A stretch of 64,000 nt of DNA from the human T2T-CHM13v2.0 reference genome, Homo sapiens. Positions 46,619 through 63,618 of the stretch are shown here, in pieces. The position numbers and the translations under genes are program-made. Under the pieces are notes generated by a model. The model did not search any database. It had not been told where the DNA came from and saw only the letters and a program-made list of their open reading frames with translations. The stretch is from NCBI RefSeq assembly GCF_009914755.1, contig NC_060942.1. The stretch is one strand, 5' to 3'. Position 1 is the first letter of the stretch, and each line of letters starts with the position of its first letter.

Positions 46619-48373
46619 TTAAGAGTAAGTTTTCCCTTTAAAACAAGTCCCAAAATAAAGGCTGCATCTTACAGTAACCTAAAATATACCAAACAAGGTC
46701 AGCTGCAAATTTGTTCTATCACAGGATAAATAAGAGAGTTCTCTTTTCATAATTTAAACAGAACTCATATGATATCAAAATAAGTATTAGAAGAAGAGCA
46801 TTAAACACAATCCAATACAGACTGACATATGAAGTTTCCATTAAATTTTCTATTTTACCCTGTGGCTGACCAGAACATCAAACTTAAATTCAACATAAAA
46901 GGAACTGACATTTAGGGAAAACCTTAACTTTTCAAAATTAAAAATGATAAAACATAATGATATACCATATCTAGCCATGTTCAAATATCCTATATGGTGT
47001 CAGGTGTTTTAAACCTCTGCGAAGATGACTTGAAGACCGTAAGGTCAAAAAACAAGTATCAGTGTTCGAACAAGATTAAAAGAAATCTGAGAAAGCAACA
47101 GTTTTAAACTATCCCCATGCAAGTTATTTTTAACAGATCTTATATAGTACAAGTTAAGGTGGCAACACTGAGAAATAGCATCTACATAAGTCCTTCCAAA
47201 TGGCAGTCTTTCTGCCAAGTGCTTTGAAAAGAGCATGGAATCGCTAAATGTGGATAGCAGTATTATTAAATTCCCAAACATAGCACAGTTACTTCTTTCA
47301 AAATTGCTAACATAAAAGCAGGATTTACTTTCTAAGGAAATAAGGAGAGGTGGGTGGAGGGAAGGACAGGCTTACACCACACAGTAAAAATGTGTCCAAA
47401 ATAAGCCAGACCCTCAATCAAGACAAACTGCAACTCACATAAAAGTGTAACAATCTCAATCCCCCTTAATGTTTTCATCAGCTTCATTCAGACACCCATC
47501 CTTTACCAACCCTAGAGATTCCCCCTCCCTTCAGATGTCTCTCATCTTGATGGAATTAAGCCTCTCAGCCATCTGGCCTCAAAAACAAAGCTTGCTACAA
47601 GCCTAACAATGAATGAAAAGGTAAAGTATTCTAATGGCTTAACAAGTTTTCAGTTCTTTCTTGTTATTCCACCTGTGAGTTTCCATGAAAGCTTTTTAAT
47701 AACAGAGGCTTCCAAATGGAGTTCATTTGAATATGTGACATCAGCAGATATACTCTTGAACATATCCTTTTCAACTTAACTGTGCAGGCAAGAAAATGGT
47801 AAGTACGTGATTACTTAACTACTTCCTAACTGCCTCACCAAGGACAAAGTTTTCAACCTTTCTAATCTCAGTGTCTTTATTAGTAAAATGTGGTCACTAA
47901 TAATACCAATCTCAAAGACACTCCAGGAGGATTCATTCATTCCTTCAAAGAATATATACTGAGTGCCTAATACATTTTTTGGTATTGTTCCAGACACTGA
48001 AAATAATGCAATGTTCACGGCTATTATCAAACTTAAAACAAAAATAATAAAAAATAATGTGTTAGGAAGAAAACTACACATAGGAAGTGATCACTGGCTA
48101 GAATCACCAGGAAGGTCTCTGATGAGGTGGCATGTGAGCTGAGGCTGAACACAGCCAGATACAAAAAGATGGAGATGAGATTCCAGATTCCAGAAACAGG
48201 GTTCTAAATCAGAACTTTTTAATTAACTGGGTGGTGAGGAAATGGGAAAAGAAACTAAAATGATCTTCAGCCTCTGGCTGGCGTAACTGGATAGATGGTG
48301 CCATCGTTAAGCTGGAGAACAAATGAGATGACATGTGTAGTGCAGGGCACAATGCCTCAAAAAACTCATGTTC

Positions 48374-48714
<341 letters not shown>

Positions 48715-48920
48715 CTACTGCCATTAATACCATCCATCTACACAGTTGTTCAAATATGGTTAGAATAACACAAAATTTTATCATTTCTACTCGATATCCT
48801 AAACTAACTTGAAACAACTAAAACATTTAATGATAGTTTGGTGCTGAAACATTCAAGTTTGGTAAAAATACATCTTCACAATAACGAAAAAAGTACATTA
48901 ATTTTCAACTTCCCAAGTCA

Positions 48921-49076
<156 letters not shown>

Positions 49077-50250
49077 TTATTTGCTAAAAGTGAAACTTAC
49101 TTTCTTTAAGTGGTAATGTTTTCTCTTAAGTATTGGAATCATTTTAAAAATTAAAAAAAAGTCCAGTTTTTTTTCTGAATGATCTATCTTGCTAAAGAGG
49201 AAAAAATGTGCACATTGAGCCCACTTCCAGTTAAGAAGCTTTTTCCCTCTCACTTTTACTGTTAGCCAAACACAGTTATTTGTTAGAATGTACACGAAGA
49301 ATCTGCTACAAAGTATTCAAGGACTATCCCTCTCTACTTCCTAATCCATCTCCCTCTCCCTTGACTCCAATTATATAGTTCCTGATCACTTCAATTTTCA
49401 TTCATACCTTAAAAAGAAAGTTGTCAAAAACAAAGGAGTCAAATATTATCTTTCAATACCTTTACAATTCCCTATAACATGCGATTATATGTTCAGCAGT
49501 TCAGCTGCAATGAAAATGAGGAAAAGGCTAAAACTATAGTTTGTAATTTTAAGTTTTCATGGCAATAGTTCCTAACACTAATAAAGAAAAATAACATTTA
49601 GCCCTAAACCATTCCTCTACTTTCACCCGCAAGGAATCAGATTAAAAATTCACAGTGTAAGACTCTACTTTATTTGTGATGTCTTCGAAACTGTAAAATA
49701 TATTGTTAAAAATCACAGGTTTGGGAGCCAGATAAAGCAATGTTAGAATCCTGCATCTGCTACAGGTTAGAAAACTTGGTACTGTGGGGCAAGTTACTTT
49801 ATACTTTTATTCTCAGCTATAGAGTAAGACTAATAACATCTCAGTCAAAAGGCTGCTTTAAGATTTAACAAGATGATGTGTTTAAATCAATGTATTCAAT
49901 GCCCACAACAAAACTCAATAAATGACAGCTGCTATTGTTGTTGTGAACCGCAGTACCCACAGCTGAAGCTGTAACAGTACTGGCAGAGAAGAAAATATGG
50001 TCTAACAGGTTAAGCATCAAAACTTTTTTTTTTTTTTTTTACTTTTACTACTCAGTCACATAAATTGCATGAAGATGTTTTTCTTCAAATCAATTCAAAT
50101 GCATTCCATGTGCAAGGCACTATACTAGGCATTAACAACAACACAACAGCAGCAGCACAGCAGCCAACACAGCCACATTTCATACATGCTGGGCCCTGTG
50201 CTAAGCACTTTACAGACATTGTCTCATCTAATCTCATGACGATTCTATGA

Positions 50251-50549
<299 letters not shown>

Positions 50550-51088
50550 CGGTGTTCTTTCTTATTATCCCAGTTTTTGAATGAGAAAACTGAAGCCTGG
50601 AAGGGTTAATTACCTTAGCCAAGGTCACACAACTAGCAGCAGAACTGAGACTTAAATCCATGTCTCTTTGACTTGGATTTTAACAAGTATATCATGATGG
50701 ACTGCAGCATATAAAAATACTTGCATTATGTCGTTTTGATTGGTCCCCACAACAAGATCATGAGCTAGGACAGATATCATTATACTCCAATATGACGAAC
50801 AAGGTCAAAAATACAAATATAAAGCACTAAGAACAATGAGCACTCATGTGCTCAATAAAAATACATTGTTATTGCCAAAAAAATAATCTGTCAAACTGGC
50901 CTCATAAAAGCAAAGTCACTGGCATCGTTTAGGCCTGACCCAAAAAGCAATTAATGCAAATGTACCATCCTTTGACTAACAGTAGAGGAGGGGAAAAAGG
51001 TCAAAATCATGTAAGTTAACACAAGAAAAATAAGTTTGGGGGAGGTGGGAGAAATCCTTTTTAAAAAAATCTAATCTCCCTTTCCTTA

Positions 51089-51319
<231 letters not shown>

Positions 51320-52171
51320 CTAAAATAAGAAGAGGATGATCTTGAGAATAACTGTATCAAAATCTCTATAACTTACAGCAATCAAAACATAAAATTATTT
51401 TTGGTATATCAGATGTTCCTTTTCTGAAAAACAAATCCTTCATGGCTCTGCCCCGAAGTAAGGCACTTCCATGAGGAGCACATACACCTATAGAGACATA
51501 CATCCAACACTTGATAACATTTATGAAAGATGAGCCAACACACTGAACGCTAGAAATGCACATTATCAATCCCTACTCTTATTTTTTTAATGGGTTACTT
51601 TTTTCCACTGACACTCACCTTATGGTCCCAGCCCCAACCGGTCAACAGGATGTCAAAGTAGTTTAAGATTCCTCTACCATTGTACAGTGATTTAGTTTTG
51701 AAAGGTTAAACTTACACTTTGATATCTGACCCCGATAACTAACTACTCTTGAGGTAGGCATAAGAATACCAATCTAAAAGCATATGGGCAAGCAACTTAA
51801 CATTGGTATTTATGAATCACGGTTATGTAACATTATTTTTAAAGTGCTCCCTTTCATACTGACATATCTAGTTTTTAAGATGTAAATGTCAGAAAACAAA
51901 AACAGAATACAAATATTAACCTCCAAAGATAACTCAAAAACACAGAACATACCAAAACTCAAAAGAAGTTCTGTGTTACTTCTGAGCACAGCAGAGACCA
52001 TGTGGGATTCAGTATCACAAATAAAAGATGAACCATATACCCAGATTAATTAAAATTAAACATCTCTGGTTGATTAAAAAAACTTTTAACCCCAATTATT
52101 TAACTTTCAATAAACGCTACAATTAAATGACTAAGAAACAAGTCACTCGTCTGATTATTTTCTTTATTTCA

Positions 52172-52723
<552 letters not shown>

Positions 52724-53013
52724 TCAATCTGCAGCCGCCGGAGAATTAAACTGCCGCGCCACTGCGTCCAGCCACAATTAATGTACCCCCGGAAACACGT
52801 CCTGTGGGACGGTGAGTTCCGCAACGCCTGCGCTCACCAGGAGTAGGAGTCATTACGTGAGCCCTTCGCGGCCCCAGCGTCGCCAGGAGAGCTTCCAGCC
52901 TCTCTAGAATCACTACTGCGCACTTCCTGGACAGCAGTCTCCGTCGCAAGAAGCGGAGGGAAAAAAAAAAGCAACAAGCAGGGATAGAACCAGCGTTGGC
53001 CGCCGCGCACGTC

Positions 53014-53027
53014 GGGAGTTGTAGTTC
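53014..53027 (-). promoter_or_regulatory. ZNF143/THAP11-type ACTACAnnTCCC motif
   Basis: Minus strand reads GAACTACAACTCCC, matching the known promoter motif, inside the CpG island. Confidence 0.7.
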
Positions 53028-53633
53028 TGGCTAGGCCGTGCGTCCTGCACCGATCTCCGGGCCCGCCGCGGCGCCCGCTGGCCTGGGGTTCCGGCTTACA
53101 GCGCGGGAATTCGGGAACCCAGCGCGGGCTGCAGAGGCCCCAGCAGGAGCCCCGCCTCCCGGCTCGTCGACGGATTCGTTCTTGGCCCTGCCAATCTGAT
53201 TCTCAGCTCCCAGAACTTCACGATTTAGAATGTAGACTTTTGCTTTGTGACAGTTCTCCCCATCCCCGACTACTAAATGACGAACCCTCTTTAACTGTGA
53301 AATGTACCTGCAAAGTCAAGCAGTGTCTTTGGATACCCAAGTTCAGATATGAACAAGCAAGCTACAAAAGCGGGGTGGGCGGGTATGAGTGAGCAGAAGA
53401 GAGAAACCGGGCTGCAAAAAAGGAAAATAAAGGCGGGACGTGGGGGTATGATTTGCTGAATGGTACCAAAGTTGATTTTTTGCACCGTGCACAGTGATCG
53501 AGCTGAGCAAATTATTTTTTTTTTAATTATAAGCAGCGGTAAGAACAACAACAAAATTACATTTGGAAAATGATTTGCATTTTCTCGGTCTGATCATTTC
53601 ACTTTCCCTGGGAAAGGGATGTCAAGGCAGGTA

Positions 53634-53961
53634 AAGTGGGCCCTCGGTATCCCTAGGTAATTGGTTCCAGGACCCCCGCAGATACCCAAATCCACCCATG
53701 CTTAAGTCTCTTTTATAAAATGGTGTAGTATTTGCATATAACCTACACACATCCTCCTATATGCTTTAAATCATCTCTAGATTGCTTACAATACCTAATA
53801 CACTGTAAATGCTATGTAAATAGTTGTTACACTGTACTTTTATTCATATTATTTTTTAATTGTTGTATTGTTATTTTCAACTGTGGGGTTTTTTCCCGAA
53901 TATTTTCCATCCCGTGTGTTGAATTCTCTGTGTGCAACCAGTGGACAGCAAAGGCCTACTG
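53634..53961 (+). mobile_element. MER2 TcMar-Tigger element
   Basis: GCCCTCGGTATCC...GGTTCCAGGACCCCCGCAGATACC...TATAAAATGGTGTAGTATTTGCATATAACCTAC; TA flanks. Confidence 0.85.
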
Positions 53962-54319
53962 TATTCCCATTCCTATTTTGCCAAAGAGGAAACTTAGAAT
54001 CACAAAAGTACCCCCACACAAAGTCACATTAACTAGTAAGTGACAGATTGAGGAGCTGACCTGATGTTTCTTTGTTCTATTTAGAGTGCCTTGCTGCCTC
54101 CTCATGTGTGTCAATAGGAGAGTGATGATATTTGAGTTGGATCTTAAAGAGTAAGTAGGAGTTTGCCACACAAAGAAGTTGGGTAAGGAAATTCCTGCAG
54201 GAGAAACCTGTATTTGCAAAGGCAAGAATCCAGACGGAGTGTGTCAAATTCGGGAAAAGAACAAAATTCAAGGTGGCCATATTATCTCTGGGAAGAAGAG
54301 AGGAAGGGCAAGATTGCTG

Positions 54320-54600
54320 CTAGCATGCTGGATATTCTCCATTCCACCTTCTAGTGGTTCCTCCCAGCTCTTCCAGCTCTGCATCAACTGACCTGAACAG
54401 GCAAAAAGACTGCACTATCCAGGCTGCCTGGCCCTCTGGCTTCCAGTTGGTTGCCGCCGATAGGAGGCATCAGCAGGAAATTGGAAAGTAGGAGGAAAGA
54501 GATACGGATATTAAACCAAGATTCCACTAGCCCATGCCTAAGCCTGCCTGGCCAAGATTGTAACAGTGGCTGAATTCCTTGACCCAAAGACCACATGTCC
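54320..54600. mobile_element. Old ERVL LTR fragment (LTR33/LTR16-like)
   Basis: GCCCTCTGGCTTCCAGTTGG...GGAGGCATCAGCAGGAAATTGGA motif. Confidence 0.55.
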
Positions 54601-54986
54601 TGATGGATAGCATACCACAGTGGGCACTGCAGAACCAGTTACACCAACTCAGAAGTGTCTGTAGTTATCCAGGAAGGAAGGTGTTAATTACGGATTTGAA
54701 GTGTCAAGGTCAAAAAACACATGACAATACAGAAAAATAATAGAAATAACTTGTCAATGATGTTTCTGAGATGAACAATCTTAGGTGATGAGAGACTGTA
54801 GATGCAGTGGGGTAAGGGGCGATAATACTGTAGAAGAAATATAAAAAATCCATTGACTTAAAACAAGCATGTTACAAGTAAAATGGGGGTCAAACTATGA
54901 AAGGGTTTTACTTATGTTGCACCCAAGGTCAACATAAACATTTTATTTTATTTTCATTGTTGAGCATATATTGCTCCTGTAATTAG

Positions 54987-55475
<489 letters not shown>

Positions 55476-58054
55476 TAACTTCTTAAGCTAAAGGTCTTGT
55501 TTACATTCTTTCTTTATTAGTTATAGAGAATTTTAAGTCCATGAATTTGCATGTAAAAAAAGTTTTAATCATGTATCATGAGTTTCAATTTGTAAGGTTT
55601 TGTTCTCAGCCAATCTGAAACTGCTGTTTTGATACTTTCTGTTTCACCCAAGATCCATGTAGGAAGATGGTCTTTAATCACCAAGTCTTTCTTACATACA
55701 CTTTAGTTATTAATTTCGACTTTTATTATATCAGAGTCAGCAACAATTACAAAAGGTCAGGGCCTTTTGTAATTTGAATGTTAAAGTCAAAGATTTTAGG
55801 TGAACTTGAAAAAAATGGGCAATAGATGTCTGCGTGGATGTATAGAAAACTACATAATTTTCTTCTTGTATTTACAGTGGTTTTTGTTGTATTTATTTAA
55901 ATGCTATGTATAAAAACTTATGTTGAATTTTACACGATGATAAATGATGGTCACTCAACTGGTGATATATACATGGATTGGGAAGGGGTCATGGGTAGAG
56001 CTATTATATGTTGAGATTTGCTATGATCACAAGCCACAGGACATTAAGGACACATGAACCCAAAGGCGGAGGTCAAATTCTACTATCTAATTATCTACTG
56101 ATTCTGCTATTTCCACTTGAATCTGATTCATCTTCAACCTCTTGGTCATACCTGTAAAATCACTGGCAGTCATTGCCTCAGTGTGCTGAATCAGATCACT
56201 CAGATTAGATGAGATATTTATACCCAAAGTCACAGGAAATAGTTACTCTCCTAAGAACTCATATTACTATCTGTAGGAATTGATTCTAGGGGGAAATGAA
56301 ATGCTTTTTTTCCTCTTGGAAAAGACATACATTTTTGCTCTTCCTCACACTTTGGACATGAGTTTTCATATTTGGGGTTATACATGGTGGGTCTGTCAGT
56401 TGTGATCATGTGCATTTTATACCCTTTCTGTTAATATTTGATGAAATCTGGTTCATATCAGTATAAGCTAAAATATTGTATAGAGCACAAGCTTTGGAGG
56501 TAGACAGACATGGATTTAAAAGCAGTGTTTTGGCTTCCCTAATCACACAACTGTGGGCAAGCTGATTAACTTTCTCGATTGCAAATAACAAAGCTGTAAG
56601 TCAGGCAAGTAAGCAAAAATGGGTTATCTAATATCTCACTCTAGAAGTGGATCTAGCCTCAGAGACTCAAAAGAATACCAGTGTTTTTTATTCATCTCTC
56701 GGCTTTGATTTTCTCAGTGTGTTGTATGTTTCTCTTCTATTACAGGCAGAATTTCCTCAAAATGTAGAGGAGGAGAAGATTGTGGTCCAGACTTCCATCT
56801 TCCCGTATAATGACTCCAGAAGAAAAAGAAAGCTTCTCTCTGAGCATCCAGATATAAAATCTATGATAAGAACCCTAATCAGGATTACCAGTAGGAGATT
56901 ACCTGATCCTAGGTTATTTGTTCACACTCTCTGAACAGCAGGGCAGGATATTATAATTATTAAAATTAGAGTTACAGAAAGTGGGGCAGAAGACTTCCAC
57001 TTAAAAAGGTATGTTATTCACAGAAAATGAGGGAAAAGAATCTTGCACAGAGGGAAGAAAAAAAATGATATCTCTATACTCACTAAGCCTCAGCTTCCAC
57101 AAGTAAAAATTAAGATTAATAATAATACCTACTAATAGGACTGCCTGGGGGCCAAAGAAGATGATTTAGAGAAAGGATTTGTTCCAAGACCTCCCATAAT
57201 AAGTAGTTACTACAAATAATAGCTCTGTTTTAACACCTGTCAAACTTGGAGGTACCTCCCTTTCCAGGAATCGAATGCAATGTCAAACCATGTTCAAGTA
57301 CTGTCTGTGAGTGTAACTGCAAGGTAGACGCTGCCTTCATCAAAGGGATCTTATGCCCCAGAAACAACTTTGCTACTTAAGTGATGGAGGCTTGCAGAGT
57401 GGAGGTGCCCACAACCTTACTGCATTTATTTGTGCAGCCATATCGAAAACATTTCCAGCAACAGAAAAAGGGGGAAGGAAGCACTCTGATACTTTTTTTC
57501 TTATTCTTCGGAGGGGACACATTATTGGCCCAAGAGGGAAATCCTTTTACAACCTACTTTTACATTAACTGGGATCATAATTTATTTATGAAAACATCAT
57601 ATAAAAAGAGCAAGCAAGCAGGATTCCTAAACAAAGGGGGCTCAAACCAATATATGTGTAGAAGTTATTCATTGTCCCCAGGGCAGGCATACGTTTTCGT
57701 GTGTCTTTCAGGAAAGTCACTGGCACCCCAGCCTTCCTTCTTTCAGAATAAAGGTCATGATTTATTAATAATTCTGATCTCTAGGAAGGAAAAATGACCC
57801 CAGGTTTCATCCCTCACTTACGAATTTTCCTAATCATGCCCCATAACTTTGTCCTATGAATTCACATATTTAATTTTGAAGGGCATCATCAAATTCTAAT
57901 TTATTCTCTCAATACCAAAATAGAAAGTTAATACATATTTTATGCCATTTTAAAGTGGAAGGATTGAAACAAGGTGTATTCACTTTCCATTTCAATTAGA
58001 GCAACGTGATTTGAGCCCTGCTTTCTTTTCACAATTTAATAAATAGTTGTCTTA

Positions 58055-58684
<630 letters not shown>

Positions 58685-59564
58685 CTAAGATATTCACAAA
58701 GAAACTATTAGAGCAAAGAAGAGACTTTAGTAAGGTTGCAGAATGCAAGATCAATGTACAAAATCAATTCTTTTTCTATACCCTAGCAATAAACAATCCA
58801 GAAGTCCAATTTAGAAAATAATTCAATTTCCAATAATATCAAAAATAATAAAATACTTAGGAATAAGTTTAACACAATAAATGAAAGACTTCTGCATTAA
58901 AAATTATAAAACATTATTAAAAGTAATTAAATATTATTTAAATAAATTGAAGACATCCTGTATCATGCACTGGAAGATTTAGTATTGTTAAGATGGCAAT
59001 ACCCCCAAAATTGAACTACAGATTCAAAGCAATTTCTATCAAATACCCACCTGCCTTTCTAGTAGAAATTTTTAAGATTGTCCTCATATTCATGTGGAAA
59101 TCAAGGGAATCAGACTGACCAAAACAATCTTGAAAAGGAACAAAATCAGATAATTTATACTTCTGAATTTCAAAACATATTTCAAAGCTACAGTATTCAA
59201 AACAGTGTGATACTGGTATAAGGACAGACAATGGAATAGAATTGAAAGTCCAGAAATAAACCCTCACACTTCTGGTCAATTGATTATCAACCAGTGCATC
59301 AAGGGAAAGAATAGTTTTTCCAACAAATGAGATAACTGGCTACCATATGCAAAAGAAGGAATTTGGATCTGCACCTCACACCATATACAAAATTAATTCA
59401 AAATAGATCAAAGACATAACTGCAAGAGCTAAATTAGAAAGTTTTAGAAGAAACATAGTCATAAATCTTTGCGAATTAAGCAACGGTTTCTTTGATCTGA
59501 CAGCATAAACACAAGCAAAAAAATAGATGAACTGGACATCAACAAAATTAAAAACTTTTGTACT

Positions 59565-59785
59565 TCTAAGTTTTAGCAGTGGGTCTCTTCCAAGCACACC
59601 TTCCTTTCTTTGCTGTTCTGAGGCCTTTTTCAATAAACTTCCATTCCTGCTCTGGAACTTGCCTCCATCTCTTTTTCTTCTTTATGCCCCTCAGTCAAAT
59701 TCTTTGTTCTGAGGAGGCAAGGACTGAAGTTGCTACGGACCCGTAAGGGTAGGTCGCCAGTAACTTGAGGTCTCTTCTACTGTGC
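59565..59785 (+). mobile_element. Partial ERV1 LTR (MER83/MER84-like 3' half) inside L1
   Basis: AATAAA then TTCTGAGGAGGCAAGGACTGAAGTTGCTACGGACCCG; interrupts a continuous L1 ORF2 stretch. Confidence 0.55.
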
Positions 59786-59923
59786 ACATAAGGACATGAT
59801 CAAAAAAATTAAAAGACAATACACAGAATGGGAGAAAATATTTGCAAATCATATATCTAGTAAGAGACTATTATCCAGAATATGTAAAGAACTCTTACAA
59901 CTCAAAAATAAGAAGGCAACCTA

Positions 59924-60150
59924 CAGCCTGGGAAACACAGTAAGACCCCATCTCTGTAAAAAATAAAAGAATTAGATGGGTGTGGCAGAGCAAACCTGTA
60001 GTCCCAGCTACTCAGGAGGCTGAGGTGGGAGGATCACTTGAACTGAACCCAGGAGATTAAGACTGCAGTGAGCCATGTTCACACCACTGCACTCAAGCCT
60101 GGGCAACATTGTAAGACCCTGTCTCAAAAAAATAAAAGTACAAAAATACA
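59924..60150 (+). mobile_element. 5'-truncated AluJ
   Basis: Alu from mid left arm to tail. Confidence 0.85.
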
Positions 60151-60729
60151 AAAGACAGCTCAATTTTAAAATGGGCAAAGGATCTAAGTAGTCGTTTCAT
60201 CAAAGAAGCTACATAAATGGCCAATACACACATAAAAAGGTGTTCAGCATTATTGGTCATCAAGGAAAAGCAAATCCAAAGCCAGAACGAGATATCAATT
60301 CATACCTACTAGAACAGCTATAGTCAAAAATAAGGGAAATAACATTATTGATGAGGATTTGGAGAAACTTCAAGTTTCCAATTTGGACAAATTGGAAATC
60401 TCATACATTGTTGCTAAGAATTTAAAATAGTGTTGCCACTGTGGAAAATAGTCTTGCAGCTCCTCAAAAAGTTAAACACAGAATTATCATATGACCTAGC
60501 AATTCTGCTCCCAGGTATATACTCAAAAGAAATGAAAACAGATGTTCCAACAAATGAATTCATTGCCCATGAATGTTTATAGAGGCACTATTTACAATAG
60601 CCAAAGCTGAAAACAACAAAAATGTCTATCGATAGAGGAATATAATAGTGAGACATGATACAGAAAACATCATGCTAAGTGAAGAAACAAGTCACAAAAG
60701 ACCACATATTGGATAATTCCATTTACATG

Positions 60730-61129
60730 TCTATTAGTCTGCTTGGGCTGCAATAACAAAATATGATGGTCTTGTTGGCTTAAACAACAGAAATTTATTT
60801 TCTGACAGTTCTGGGGGATGGGAAGTTGAAGATTAAGATGCTGGCAGGTTGAGTGTGTGGGGAGGCCTCTCTTCCCAGCCTTCACATAGCTATTTTCTTG
60901 CTGTGTCACGTGGTCTTTCCCCTATGCATGTGCAGAGAGAAAGAGATCTCTGTTGTCTCTTCTTCTTATCAGGACACCAGACCTATCAGATGAGAGTCTC
61001 CCCCTTATTACCTCATTTAAACTTAATTAACTCCTGAACACCCTTATCTCTAAATACAATCACACTGGGGGTTAGGGCTTCAACACATGAATTTGGGAGG
61101 GTGAGAGGACCACAATTCAGTCCATAACA
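60730..61129 (-). mobile_element. MLT1A-like MaLR LTR
   Basis: TATTAGTCTGCTTGGGCTGC...CAATTCAGTCCATAACA; degenerate 5-bp TSD ACATG / AAATG. Confidence 0.82.
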
Positions 61130-63292
61130 AAATGAACTAGTCAGAATAGGTAAATTCATAGATGGACAAAGCAGATCATTGGTTGATAGGGACTGGTGGA
61201 AGCCGGGAATGGGAAGTGACTCCTTGGCTTTGCTGCCTCCTTTTGGGGATGATGAAAACGTTTTGGAACTAGATAGAAGTGATGGTTGTACTACATCGTG
61301 AATGTACTAAATGCTATTGAACTGTACACCTTAAAATGTTAATTTTTTGTTCTGTGAATTTCCCCATTTAAAAAAAATGAAACTCTAAAAAAATAGAAAA
61401 TAGTAAGTGTTGACAAGGATGCGAAGAAATCAGAAAGCTCATACACTGCTAGTAGGAATATAAAATGTTACAACCACTTTGGAAGACAGTTGGGAGTCCC
61501 TCAAAAGTTAACCGAATGTTACTATATGACCAAGCAATTTCACTTCTAGGTACTTGCTCTCCAAAATGAAGACATAAGTACACACAAAAACTTGTCTACT
61601 ATTGTTCATAGCAGCATTATTATAAGAGCCAAAAGTTAGAAACAAGCCAAATGGCCATCAATTCATGAACAAACAATAGACTTATGGAATAAATAAACCA
61701 TATCTATACAATGAAATATTATATAGCTAAAAATGGAAGGAAGTACTGATATATGCTGCAATGTGGATGAACTTTCAAAACATCGTGCTAACTGAAAGCT
61801 AGCTATGAAAGTACACCTATTACAGTGTATGGTTCCATTCATATGAAATGTCCAGAAAAGGCAAATCTATACAGACAGGAAGTAGCTTAGTGGTTGCTTA
61901 GATTTGGGGGTCATTGGGGAAATAGAGTGGTAATATCTGAAGCATAAGGGATTTCTTTTTGAGGTAATGAAAATGTTCTAAAATTGCCTGTGGTGATGGT
62001 TACACATATCTGTGAATATATCAAAACCTACTGAATTGTACACTTTAAATTGGTGAATCTTGCAGTACCTGAATAGTATCTTAATAACGTAGTACCCAAA
62101 AAAGCAATAGGCTGATATTAAATTAAACACAAGAATTTATTTCGTAAAGAATTTATTTTGTAAAGACACAAAAAGTTTGCTAAGGAAAATCAGTGTCTTT
62201 TCCTCGGAATTTATGAGAGCGTTATTTTCCATTTACTGATGACGTTTAGATGTAGTCCTCCTACAGTGACAGATCAGATGGCTGGCCCTTTTGTGAACCT
62301 TAGAGCACCATTGCCAGTTATCTACATTATTCAGCAAATGCAAGATGTTTCTGTCCCATTTGCCCTTGTCCTTCAGGTTGGGGTTACTGTTCACTCTACC
62401 ATTTAACCTCTCAAAAACATTCTTTTTTGGTAAAATGAGGTAAGTATGTACTTTGATTTCCAAATTGTGAGATTTGATTAGCAAGATGAGAAAGTCCTTC
62501 CATGAAGAGTGCAGTATAAGTTCAAGGTAAGATTATTATAATGTTAAGAAGTTTTTTCAACAGATAAAGACATATAACTTCATTATTACAGTCAGATATA
62601 TGATTCTGGGCAGGAAATATTTCCAGGAAAAAGAAAGAAAGAAAAAAACCAGCTCTTTAGATATGTAACACAAAGATCTAGTTTCTTGTGATCTTCAGGC
62701 GGCTCCTATGAGCAGCGCCTCTCCACTCAACTTGAACAATAATAGTCTCCTTTGGGGCTCCAGCTGAGTCGGATCTATTTAGGTGAAGTTCAGAACCTGA
62801 CCCTGACTTTCAGCTCTATCTTGGCTAGTGATACATCTATGCTGAATGTGTGTCAGGTCTGTAAATAAAATACTGATTTCAGTCACTTCTGCAGAATGTA
62901 TTTTGATACTGTGATACTTTTCAGTGGCAGCTCCATTTTAAAGCCAGTTATCACTAAGGGGAAAAGTCAGTTAATCAGTTAATGTAAAAAAGCAGTGGAG
63001 GCCTAACACTGGTCATTTTGTTATAAGAGCGTCTGAAGTCCTCCCTTAATTTGGGAAGGTAACCCTGCACAGCACTCAGATTTAAACGTTGTGTCATGTT
63101 AACTGTCAAATGAAGACAAAAGCCTTGGAATTCTAAAGAATCTCTTCTCATGAGGCCAGTCTCCACAATCTAATAATAATGCTTTTTATTTATAGCAATT
63201 TTTGCACACCTCATGTGGCCCAGGACAGGCTGGCCCTTGAAGGGGCCTACAGCTGGTCACTTGAAGACCTCTCCATCTTTGTTTTTCTATGA

Positions 63293-63618
<326 letters not shown>

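Noticed and set aside
62233-63166. Upstream ORFs (83 aa, 63 aa) as a processed pseudogene
   Set aside because: No recognisable homology, poly(A) tail or TSD
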